Position numbers and translations under genes: made by a program
The notes under the pieces: generated by a model
Database searches by the model: none
Told to the model about the DNA's origin: nothing
Seen by the model: only the letters and a program-made list of their open reading frames with translations
NCBI GenBank assembly: GCA_964636285.1
Contig: CAZWQF010000003.1
Coordinates: 5,226 to 69,225 of the forward strand
Length of the DNA: 64,000 bases
DNA from: an uncultured Candidatus Saccharibacteria bacterium
Lineage (GTDB): Bacteria; Patescibacteriota; WWE3; UBA101185; 2-01-FULL-41-18
Direction: 5' to 3'
Shown here: positions 39,747 through 48,562 of the stretch, piece after piece
How positions within the stretch are numbered: position 1 is the first letter of the stretch
Layout of the letters: each line of letters starts with the position of its first letter

Positions 39747-40766
39747 ATGAATATTGGATTTACATACAATGTTAAAAGGAAAAAAGAGTCGCTTGATCCT
39801 AAGGAAGAGGATGACCTAGAGTTTGATTCTCCTTTTGTTATCAACACAATTGCCAATATAATCAAAGGCCTTGGGCATAATGTGACCAAGGTTGAGGCCA
39901 ATGAAAAAGCATTCTCAAAGCTTCTAAAACTTAAAGGTAAGATTGATCTTGTGTTTAACATTGCCGAAGGGCTAAAAGGGGATGCAAGAGAGTCTCAGAT
40001 CCCAATTTACTGTGAGCTTCTTGGAATCCCATACACACATTCAACACCAACCACCCATGCTGTTTCGCTCAATAAGGAGATGTGCAAGGCTTTGGTAAAA
40101 AGTTATGGAGTTAGAACCCCAAATTCTCAGCTTTTTGGAAGCGTGAAAGAGGAGCTAAGTCCCAAACTAATGTTCCCGTTAATAGTTAAACCGAATAAAG
40201 AAGGCTCAAGTAAAGGTGTTTTTGATAACAGCATTGTAAAAAACAAAGAGGAATTAAAAAGAGCAGTGAAAGTAGTAATAGAAGATTTTAAACAGGAAGC
40301 CCTTGTTGAAGAATTTATAGATGGAAGAGAATTTACAGTATCAATTCTTGGAAATGAAAATCCAACAATACTGCCAGTAGTTGAACAGAGATTTGATTCG
40401 CTTCCAAGTGGGATGAATAAAATTGCAGGCTTTGAACTAAAGTGGATTTATGAAGACTCGCTTAAAAATCTTGAGGATGCTTACTACTGCCCTCCAAAAA
40501 TCTCCAAGAAGGTTGAGGAGCAGATCACAGAGATGTCACTGAAGGTCTATAAATGCCTTGAGGTAAGAGAATGTGCAAGAATTGACTATAGACTTGATGA
40601 AAACGAAAATCTTTATTTTATAGAGATTAATACACTTCCTGGAATGAACCCAGATCCAAAAATTGTAAGCTACTTACCAACATCCGTTAGAAAAGCAGGC
40701 ATGACTTATCAAGACTTAATTAAAAAAATTTTAGATTTAGCAATTAAGCGATACAATTTGTCATAA
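39747..40766 (+). CDS. D-Ala-D-Ala ligase-like ATP-grasp enzyme A
   Basis: FNIAEG, LGIPYT, VKPNKEGSSKG, EEFIDGRE, RIDYR, EINTLPG. Lacks the GG.S.E motif of true Ddl. Confidence 0.85.
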   Translation: MNIGFTYNVKRKKESLDPKEEDDLEFDSPFVINTIANIIKGLGHNVTKVEANEKAFSKLLKLKGKIDLVFNIAEGLKGDARESQIPIYCELLGIPYTHSTPTTHAVSLNKEMCKALVKSYGVRTPNSQLFGSVKEELSPKLMFPLIVKPNKEGSSKGVFDNSIVKNKEELKRAVKVVIEDFKQEALVEEFIDGREFTVSILGNENPTILPVVEQRFDSLPSGMNKIAGFELKWIYEDSLKNLEDAYYCPPKISKKVEEQITEMSLKVYKCLEVRECARIDYRLDENENLYFIEINTLPGMNPDPKIVSYLPTSVRKAGMTYQDLIKKILDLAIKRYNLS

Positions 40767-40809
40767 AGATATTGAATATTATTTTTTATTCACTAAAATA
40801 TCATAAGCT

Positions 40810-41940
40810 ATGGCAAGTGTTTTACTAGATAAGTCACCAAGAGATAACGAACCTCCCAGCAAACAAATCCAGGATGAACTCCTGCATGAAGATTATTTTC
40901 CAAAATTCATTGGTGTTTTATATTCGGACGTAAAAAGAGAATATTTTCCTAGCGAAGAGCAGTACATCTCTGAGGTAGGTGTGATTGATGAAGCAAAAGT
41001 TATAGCAAGCTATCTTGAACGAATGGGCATTAGAGCAAAAATATATCCTGGCAACGGAGAGCTTTCAAGATCTCTTGAGCATGACAAACCAGATATGGTT
41101 TTTAATCTTGTGCAGTCAGTAAGAGGAAGAGAAGAATTAGAACCAACAATCCCTGCAATGCTTGAGCTGTTAGAGATTCCGTACACTGGAACAGGGATGC
41201 TTGGGCTTTCTATTACACACAATAAATATTTTACAAAAAAACTTTTGGAGCTTGTGGGGCTTCCAGTTCCAAGATACCAACTTTTTAATTCGCCAAATGA
41301 TGTTATAGACGGGCAATTAAAGTATCCTTTGATTTGTAAATTGAACGAGATTCATGGAAGCGTTGGAATTGATGCTAATTCGGTTGCCGAAGATGAAAAG
41401 CAATTAAGAACAAAAATACGAGAGCTCATGAACATTTATAAGCAACCAGTTGTTGTAGAGGAATTTATTGTAGGAAGAGAAATTACAGCGGTTATTCTTG
41501 AAGGAACGCACAGAAAAGTTTATGCGGCAGAAAAAAATCTTCCTGAAGTAGAGGGATCAAAATATAAGTTTGCAAGCTTTAACTATCAATGGGTTGATGA
41601 AAGACCTACTGAATATTTGAAACACGATGGGGGAGAGATGTTAAGAGATTATGTAAAGAATGCTTTTGATATTTTGAAGATGGATGATTATGCAAAATTT
41701 GATTTTAGACTTGATGAATCAGGTAGATATTATTTTATAGACTGTAACGCAAACCCTGCATTCGGGCCAAAGGAAGAGGGGATTGCGCTTGGAAACATCA
41801 CAGATATGTTTGGGATCAGCTTTGAGGAAGTTCTTAAGAGGATCATTGATAACACAATAAGAGATGGGAACGGAACAAACGGGAATGGGAACGGAAATGG
41901 TAATGGTAATGGGAGCAATAACGGCAACGGAGGGCATTAA
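40810..41940 (+). CDS. D-Ala-D-Ala ligase-like ATP-grasp enzyme B with a Gly-Asn tail
   Basis: LEIPYTG, EEFIVGRE, KFDFR, DCNANP, C-terminal (GN)n. Confidence 0.85.
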   Translation: MASVLLDKSPRDNEPPSKQIQDELLHEDYFPKFIGVLYSDVKREYFPSEEQYISEVGVIDEAKVIASYLERMGIRAKIYPGNGELSRSLEHDKPDMVFNLVQSVRGREELEPTIPAMLELLEIPYTGTGMLGLSITHNKYFTKKLLELVGLPVPRYQLFNSPNDVIDGQLKYPLICKLNEIHGSVGIDANSVAEDEKQLRTKIRELMNIYKQPVVVEEFIVGREITAVILEGTHRKVYAAEKNLPEVEGSKYKFASFNYQWVDERPTEYLKHDGGEMLRDYVKNAFDILKMDDYAKFDFRLDESGRYYFIDCNANPAFGPKEEGIALGNITDMFGISFEEVLKRIIDNTIRDGNGTNGNGNGNGNGNGSNNGNGGH

Positions 41941-41979
41941 AGTTTGCTTTTGCAATGCTTTTAGTCTTATATTGAGTTT

Positions 41980-42429
41980 GTGCCTAATCTACTTCTGACC
42001 ATTAAATCAATGAGAATCTACACTGGCGAGCTACACCCAACAGCACTTTACATATATGACGAGTACATGGTGTATGTAAAAAGGGGAATTATTAAACGCA
42101 ATGAAGCTACTATTAGTTATAATCACGTCTCTCAAGTTTATTTCCGAAAGGGGTATATCGCTTCGAGTATTGAGGTTATCAACACGGGAGGGGTTGAAAA
42201 CATTATTATCCCATGGGTCAGCACGAGCGAAGCAGAGAAGGCAAAGAAGATAATTGACCAGAAGGTTTTCCATACCCATGCAAGAGTTAGTGGTAAAGAA
42301 AAATCCCTTGGAGTTGGAAGCCCTGACTTTGAGAGAAGGCTTGCAAGACTTAAGGAACTTGTGGCAAGAGGCCAAATGAGCAAGAAAGAGTTTGATAAAA
42401 GACGGGAAGAGATGTTAAAATCAGTTTGA
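41980..42429 (+). CDS. Bacterial PH-domain protein with a SHOCT-like C-terminus
   Basis: ISYNHVSQV...KG; LARLKELVARGQMSKKEFDKRREEML. Confidence 0.75.
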   Translation: MPNLLLTIKSMRIYTGELHPTALYIYDEYMVYVKRGIIKRNEATISYNHVSQVYFRKGYIASSIEVINTGGVENIIIPWVSTSEAEKAKKIIDQKVFHTHARVSGKEKSLGVGSPDFERRLARLKELVARGQMSKKEFDKRREEMLKSV

Positions 42430-42461
42430 TCTTGAGCAAAGCTCAAGGAAGAATAAGGTAT

Positions 42462-42537
42462 GCGGGAGTAATTCAGTGGCTAGAATGTTTGCTTTCCAAG
42501 CAAAACGTCGTGGGTTCGAGTCCCATCTCCCGCTCCA
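42462..42537 (+). tRNA. tRNA-Gly(TCC)
   Basis: Cloverleaf: GCGGGAG/CTCCCGC acceptor, TTTGC-tt-TCC-aa-GCAAA, GTTCGAGTC, CCA. Confidence 0.97.
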
Positions 42538-42727
42538 TAAAGTATCCCGTCAGTTCAGCATGTAATGATGAATTGGCGGGATATTTTTATTGATGAGATT
42601 GGGACGAGAAAGCCGGACTGAGTGAACGAAGTGAGCGAGGGAGGCGGGGTCGCGCGCCGTAGATTTTCTTCGAGCAAAGCGAGGTAGAAAATCTAGGACA
42701 TGTGACCGAGTCCCATCTCCCGCTCCA
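42538..42727. mobile_element. 190-bp non-coding structured insertion at the tRNA-Gly 3' end (att-like direct repeat)
   Basis: CGAGTCCCATCTCCCGCTCCA occurs at 42517-42537 and again at 42707-42727. Internal hairpins; no ORF. Confidence 0.7.
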
Positions 42728-42950
42728 GAAGTCTAAAGTTCCGATAGACTCGCCGCCCCGACCAGAAGGTTAAATTTCCATATGACCCGAGTGCCCTATC
42801 CTTATTTATCATAGTTTTTTGGCGAAAATATGTAGCCTGTATAACGGTTTCCAGACTCGTCGGACCCTAGGTGAAGTTCAAAGTTCCGACCACTTCAAGG
42901 AACTTGCTGTTGCCTGATATAAACACAAAACAAAAATGTATAATGATTTT

Positions 42951-43622
42951 ATGAACCTAGAGGAAAACAAAGCTAAAGTTACAAAAGCATTAAACAGTCT
43001 ACTTTCCAAAGACACAGACTTGCTTTGGCTGGGAGTGCACGAGCGCTCTGTAGCACATAAGTTTGCTGAATACTTACAAGATGAATATAAAGTGCATAAT
43101 GTTGATTGTGAATACAATCGAGACGGTCTAGAAACCAAAATATTAGAAACCTTAATTGAGGACACAAACGAGAAAGAGCCGCATAGGATATTTCCAGACA
43201 TTATCGTACATAGACGAGGTAATAATAACTTTAACCAATTGGTAATAGAAATAAAGACATCCAATGCAAGTTCAAAAGGAGATATAGAGAAACTAGAAAA
43301 GCTTACGCAAAGAAAACATGGATTTCATTATAAATATGGACTATTTCTAAGATTTGAATGTAATGATGATAAAAGTATTTCTACAAGTGAAGTTAGTTGG
43401 TATACAGAAGGAAAAGAAATTAATAACAGTCTGGAAACACTTACGGCGAACAAACTGGTAGAAATAATAACTAATGCACCGAATCAAAAAGTACCTCAAA
43501 CAGAAAATATAAATCTACTTCCAATTTGGGTAATCTATAAGAAACAGAAATTAGATATCAAAGTGATGTTTTTTCAAAAAACCATAAAATATCAAATGTC
43601 AGAACGAAGTGATAAAACCTGA
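42951..43622 (+). CDS. PD-(D/E)xK nuclease-superfamily protein
   Basis: HERSVAH, VDCEYNR, FPDIIVH, VIEIK. ATG 42951 lies 6 nt after TATAAT. Confidence 0.7.
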   Translation: MNLEENKAKVTKALNSLLSKDTDLLWLGVHERSVAHKFAEYLQDEYKVHNVDCEYNRDGLETKILETLIEDTNEKEPHRIFPDIIVHRRGNNNFNQLVIEIKTSNASSKGDIEKLEKLTQRKHGFHYKYGLFLRFECNDDKSISTSEVSWYTEGKEINNSLETLTANKLVEIITNAPNQKVPQTENINLLPIWVIYKKQKLDIKVMFFQKTIKYQMSERSDKT

Positions 43623-43695
43623 TAAACTGAAGGTATAAGTGTTTCAAATAAAAGTAATTCTCTATTAAGTAAATAACAGGGCATTTTGTAATTTA

Positions 43696-44418
43696 CTAAT
43701 TTTTTTTGGAGTATCCAGTAGTCATGATTTCTGAAGCAATCCAGTATTGAGTAAGTTTGACTAATTTTCTCATGTCATCAATACCTAGTTTGTCCAATTT
43801 CTTCTCGTAGTGTGTTTCATCATTACCCACATCTTTAGCAAGACCTGCGGTTATTTTAATTCTAGGGTCATCAACTTTATTTGCAATTAGCCAGCCTAAC
43901 AACTTTGACTTAATCTCTTCAGCTTCATCCGGTTTTGTCGCGATCAAAAAATCCTTGATAAGAAACTCCAAAGCTTTTCGGTATCCTGCCCCACAAATTA
44001 AATCCAAACCACTTTGGTCCGCCAATTTAGCCTGATTGAATATTTTTATAAAATTTGGAGAAAGCTTTTCAATGTCAGAATCGAACGCTTCAGTTTTAAT
44101 GAAAGGCGAAATATACCCGTTTTTTAAAAATACATTTTCAGAGAATCTACCGTCTACACAACCTAAATTAGTATACACTGCGAAAAAAACTGATTGGCAA
44201 TCGACTTTTGGACATCGGAAAATCACCTGAATAAATTTGCCGTCTCTCCATGGATTATCTTCAATTTTTCCATAAGCAGATAAAGGTTTAACATCTACCC
44301 CGCTCTCACAAACAGGACACTGATCAGGGTATCTATCAACATTCACTTCTAATGTTTTATTGTTTATATCTAGATAACTAAGTCGAAGACTTTTTGTATT
44401 AATAACCATTAGAGTCAA
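43696..44418 (-). CDS. DUF4145 (HEPN-superfamily) protein with an N-terminal Zn-ribbon
   Basis: CPVC...CPKVDC, GYRKALEFLIKDF, GNDETHY. Confidence 0.8.
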   Translation of the reverse strand: MTLMVINTKSLRLSYLDINNKTLEVNVDRYPDQCPVCESGVDVKPLSAYGKIEDNPWRDGKFIQVIFRCPKVDCQSVFFAVYTNLGCVDGRFSENVFLKNGYISPFIKTEAFDSDIEKLSPNFIKIFNQAKLADQSGLDLICGAGYRKALEFLIKDFLIATKPDEAEEIKSKLLGWLIANKVDDPRIKITAGLAKDVGNDETHYEKKLDKLGIDDMRKLVKLTQYWIASEIMTTGYSKKN

Positions 44419-44559
44419 TTTTAACGCTGCGAGAATTATATTTCCATAAGATTTGATTTCTCAAGAAAATTAGACTTACTAAAATTATAAAATTTCCAAA
44501 CGTAATACTTAAATGAGTACAAGTCGAATTATTTATTAAACACTAACAATGTTGGGTAT

Positions 44560-45096
44560 TTATACATTCATAAGATCATCAAGTTTTCTAACTGTATTCA
44601 CGTTCCTTGCAGTCATGTTTTTATAGACTAATGTTGCAATAAATTTATCCATTCCGCTTTTTGAGTAAAGGTTTCTATCAACATTCCAAACAATTGCACC
44701 AGGAACATATAGAAGCTTGTCACATTCGCTATTTGTTTTAATAAGATTCAACGAATCTTTTGAATCAAAGTCTTTCCAAAGGAAGAGAACATCAGTTTTT
44801 TGCTCCTCATTGTTTTCCCATTCGCTTGGAATGCTCTGCGCAATTTTGTGTAAAGATTCTTTTGAAACTACTACGCATGGAATATCAAACCCAAATTCGA
44901 TTTTAAGATTTGATTCAAGATAAGATGCAAGGTCCTTAGTAATCTGCTCAGCATTGAATAGAACGTTTCCGGAATTAATATAAGTAGATACATTTGTAAA
45001 TCCCATTGAAATGAAGACTTGTTTGAGCTTTTTCATTTCAACTTTTTTATTTCCGCCAACATTGATTCCCCTCAGTAAAGCAACATGTGTATTCAT
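44560..45096 (-). CDS. DUF1697 family protein
   Basis: ALLRGINVGG, TYINSGNV, TARNVNTVRKL. Confidence 0.92.
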   Translation of the reverse strand: MNTHVALLRGINVGGNKKVEMKKLKQVFISMGFTNVSTYINSGNVLFNAEQITKDLASYLESNLKIEFGFDIPCVVVSKESLHKIAQSIPSEWENNEEQKTDVLFLWKDFDSKDSLNLIKTNSECDKLLYVPGAIVWNVDRNLYSKSGMDKFIATLVYKNMTARNVNTVRKLDDLMNV

Positions 45097-45172
45097 ATGT
45101 GAAATTATACAAGAACGAGCACATCTTTTATCTTATAGCCTAAAGCACCAGTAAGTTGCTAATATTAACTCT

Positions 45173-46234
45173 ATGAAAATAGGAATTGTAAATTCAGGTG
45201 GAGACTGTGCTGGCCTAAATGCAGTTATTGCCTCAGTAGTAAGAACTGCAAGTTTTAAAGATATTGAATGCGTTGGTTTTGAAAAAGGATGGGAGGGGGT
45301 ACTAGATAACCAAATTATCCCACTTTCAAGAAAGACAGTTAGCGGTATTAGCCACCTTGGAGGAACTGTACTTCATACAATCAATAAAGGGCGCTTTGCA
45401 GGAAAAAAGGGTTCAGGAAGTGTAAATCAAATCCCACAAGAGGTTATTGACGAAGCAGTTTCTAATATAAAAAATAATAAAGTTGATTGTTTGATTGTTA
45501 TTGGAGGAGACGGAACTTTAAGCGGTGCGCTTCAATTACAGGAGGCAGGAGTTCCAATTGTTGGTATTCCAAAGTCCATAGACAATGACTTATCTTCCAC
45601 AGATTCAACATTCGGTTTCAGCACAGCTGTTGATGTAGCAGTTGAAGCTATTGATAAAATTCATACTACTGCAACAAGTCATGGGAGAGTATTTTTTATT
45701 GAATGCATGGGAAGGCATGCAGGATGGATTAGTTTGTATGCAGGTCTTGCAGCAAATGCAAGCGGTATTCTACTTCCTGAGTTCCCAGTAAACTTAGACA
45801 CCTTGGTGGAATTTTTCTTAGAAAGACAAAAATCTCACGGATACTCAATAATTGTAGTTTCCGAAGGAGTGAGCCAGTTTCTATCCGATACCTCAGGCGC
45901 TGATACCCCCGAACTCAAACTTCACGGAGCAAGTGAAAATTTAATGGCGACATTAAAAAATAAAGCAGGAGATCAGTTTGAAATGAGGAACGTAGTACTT
46001 GGCCATCTACAAAGAGGAGGAAATCCAAACGCATACGACAGAATTCTTGCAAAGCGTTATGGAATAGCTGCAGTAGAGGCTGTAATGGACCAAAAGTTTG
46101 GCGAGATGGTCAGGCTTAGAGGCACCAGCATTGATACAGTATCTATTAAAGAAGCAGTTGGTAAATTGCATCTTGTTACAAAAGAGAATCATATCTATCA
46201 AACTGCAAAAAAACTTGGATTGTACATCAATTAA
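45173..46234 (+). CDS. pfkA: 6-phosphofructokinase (PfkA family)
   Basis: SGGDCAGLN, GGDGT, PKSIDND, ECMGR, LGHLQRGG. Confidence 0.95.
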   Translation: MKIGIVNSGGDCAGLNAVIASVVRTASFKDIECVGFEKGWEGVLDNQIIPLSRKTVSGISHLGGTVLHTINKGRFAGKKGSGSVNQIPQEVIDEAVSNIKNNKVDCLIVIGGDGTLSGALQLQEAGVPIVGIPKSIDNDLSSTDSTFGFSTAVDVAVEAIDKIHTTATSHGRVFFIECMGRHAGWISLYAGLAANASGILLPEFPVNLDTLVEFFLERQKSHGYSIIVVSEGVSQFLSDTSGADTPELKLHGASENLMATLKNKAGDQFEMRNVVLGHLQRGGNPNAYDRILAKRYGIAAVEAVMDQKFGEMVRLRGTSIDTVSIKEAVGKLHLVTKENHIYQTAKKLGLYIN

Positions 46235-46248
46235 TGTAGAATGATCTG

Positions 46249-46788
46249 ATGACAAACAATAAAACAGCAGTTAAATTTATTCTTTCGGATCTTAAAAATG
46301 CGCACAATTACTTTGAGCAAACTATGGATGGTGTAACTTCTGAAGTTGCACATTTTATGCCGAATGGGACTGCAAATCCTATTGCAGGCATATACGCTCA
46401 CTTAATTTTTTCGGAAGATTTTTTCCTACACTTCTTTTTAAAAAAAGATCAGCCGCTGTTTGAGACCACATGGAAGGATAAAACTGGCATTAGTAGCCTT
46501 CAACCAACCGAATGGGTGGAAGCATATCCAAAATGGCTAAAGGAAGTGAAAATTGAAATTCCAAAAGTCTACGATTACGCAAAAGCAGTTTTTGCAGAAT
46601 CTGAGAAGTATATTGAAAACCTCTCTGATAATGACCTTGAGCAAAAAATTGATATGAGTATGTTTGGAATGGGAGATAAAGAGCAAGGGGACATGATTCA
46701 CATGATGATAGTTGGGCATATTTGGAGCATCATGGGTGAGATTTCTGTGTTGAAGGGGATTCAAGGACTTAAAGGATATCCTTTCTAA
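46249..46788 (+). CDS. DinB/YfiT family protein
   Basis: Four-helix pattern with IYAHL...ED and a terminal H...GEI..LKG. Confidence 0.75.
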   Translation: MTNNKTAVKFILSDLKNAHNYFEQTMDGVTSEVAHFMPNGTANPIAGIYAHLIFSEDFFLHFFLKKDQPLFETTWKDKTGISSLQPTEWVEAYPKWLKEVKIEIPKVYDYAKAVFAESEKYIENLSDNDLEQKIDMSMFGMGDKEQGDMIHMMIVGHIWSIMGEISVLKGIQGLKGYPF

Positions 46789-46794
46789 ATCTGA

Positions 46795-47879
46795 ATGCTA
46801 AATGAACTCATATCTTAAAAATTAGATGGGTCAAAAGTTGAAGATTCTGAAATTAAGGAAACATATGAGGATGGCCTATATTCAGCTGTAGAAACATACC
46901 ATGTAAGCAATGAATCTTTTGACTTTGATGTTGACTACGTTGTTCAAAGTACCGTAAGACTTCTTGATAAATACGAGGTAAGCCCTGAGTTTTGTGGCAG
47001 TGCCGAAAAAAATCTTGTGGCATTGGCCATAGCAAACGAGTGGTTGAAATCAGATTCATATAAAGAGAAGAAAGCCCTATTAGGAGTTCTTAAACTTATT
47101 GCAGTAGGTCATTCCGAAACTGGTCCCAGAACTCTAAGTGATAGAGTTATTGATTTATCCGATAAGGGCTATCAAATGGGAATAGACTATGACCCTCAAA
47201 CAAAGGTAACAACTGGCAATTCAGAATTTAAAATAAGATTGCTTGAATATATAAGAGACCAAATGGACACCGAAGCATCTAATAAATACTCAACCCACAT
47301 GTTAAGCTGGGGCGTGGAATCTCCTCTAGATCCGGTCAGAATTAAAATGGGTATAAAGCCAACAAACGAAAGAGATATAACATTTCATATCCTAAAAAAA
47401 CCACTCAGGAAATGGCTGAAGACCTAGGAACTATAGGATTGTGCGGCAACTCGCCAGACGGTTCAAAATATATAATGCTTGGTAGTGACGCCGAAGAATT
47501 GCCTAACTTAGCACAACATGAATACGCCCACTCTCAAAGTGCAGGTTTGAACACGGGCTATATAGGTTATCTGTTCAGAGGCTTAAATGAGGCTGTAACT
47601 GAAAGTGTAACAACTTCTCCTATGAACTACACAGCCCAGAGACAAGTACTTGAGAGACTATATAGTTCAAACCCAAATCTGGAGCAGTTATGCCTGAGAG
47701 CTTACAGAGGCGATCCAAGCGCTAGGAAAAAATTCTTTTCTAGTATAGTTAATGAATATGGGCTTGGGGGATTTCTTGCATTAGCTAGACTTTCTCCAGG
47801 GGATAACGATAAACCCTTCGGAAATATTGGAGTAGCTGTTAAACATAGCCCTCAGAAGGTAATGGAGAGCATTTCATAA
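46795..47879 (+). pseudogene. Disrupted zincin-type metallopeptidase-like gene
   Basis: ATG 46795, in-frame TAA at 46816, then open to 47427. A frame change near the A7 run at 47394-47400 leads into an ORF with HEYAH...NEAVTE. Confidence 0.6.
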
Positions 47880-48011
47880 AATACTGGCTAAACCTAAAAT
47901 AATATTGTCATAATGTTTATTTGACCTATTAATCAGATCCTGATATTTTACTTTGCATAAATTAGCTTAGTGCTTAAGTTGTATGCTTTAAGCATAATTA
48001 AGCTTCCAAAC

Positions 48012-48084
48012 AGGGGAATAGCTCAGATGGCAGAGCGCGCGGTTTGGGACTGCGAGGCCAAGGGTTCAAGCCCCTTTTCCCCTA
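48012..48084 (+). tRNA. tRNA-Pro(TGG), atypical (A1:U72, no encoded CCA)
   Basis: AGGGGAA/TTCCCCT acceptor, GCTC/GAGC D-stem, CGCGG-tt-TGG-ga-CTGCG, AAGGG-TTCAAGC-CCCTT. Confidence 0.85.
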
Positions 48085-48087
48085 TTT

Positions 48088-48161
48088 AGTGGCAGACTTT
48101 CTGAGAGACTAGTTTTGTTACAAACAAACCTGTCTTCTAGCGGGAACCCTGCCACTTTTTT
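48088..48161 (+). terminator. Long-loop terminator-like structure after tRNA-Pro
   Basis: AGTGGCAG (48088-95) pairs with CTGCCACT (48149-56), followed by a T-run. Confidence 0.5.
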
Positions 48162-48192
48162 CATTCATTTTACTAGAATAGGAGACACAAAA

Positions 48193-48483
48193 ATGAGTGC
48201 GCATGAGTATACGGTTGGTGACCTGATGAAACTACTCCAACACTGGATGAATAACCCGCGATTGATTCCAGCAGAACTCACACAGCCCGGACTGGACCTG
48301 GTATTCGCATACATCTACGGAATTGCAACATTAAAGGGCAAGTCGCAGAGCCCTGTTACCCTCAGCGATTTCAGGAAACTTGTCGAACAGGTGCTGGCAC
48401 AAAAACCAAATCTGCATGACGGAGTTACTGAGGAAGCGATCAAGGAGGCTGGTAAAATCCTGAACGGAGACTACCTGAAATAG
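48193..48483 (+). CDS. Orphan helical protein (96 aa)
   Basis: AGGAG SD before ATG 48193; terminator AATACCGC/GCGGTATT at 48506-48541. Confidence 0.7.
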   Translation: MSAHEYTVGDLMKLLQHWMNNPRLIPAELTQPGLDLVFAYIYGIATLKGKSQSPVTLSDFRKLVEQVLAQKPNLHDGVTEEAIKEAGKILNGDYLK

Positions 48484-48562
48484 AAGGTCGTAACGCATCC
48501 TAATTAATACCGCCCGACTGGCCCATCGAGCGGTATTTTTTCCTCAATAAACACTATATAAT

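Noticed and set aside
39747-40766. Gene symbol ddl
   Set aside because: Lacks the N-terminal GGxSxE motif and mur context, so it is left as Ddl-like.
3865-46818. Stop-codon reassignment suggested by two in-frame TAA codons (3865 and 46816)
   Set aside because: TAA, TAG and TGA all terminate well-conserved genes at their expected ends, so these are isolated lesions.
32069-47978. Shared 11-mer TAGTGCTTAAG just upstream of the -10 boxes of sodA (32069) and the atypical tRNA-Pro (47968)
   Set aside because: Only two AT-rich instances with unequal spacing; cannot be separated from chance by eye.
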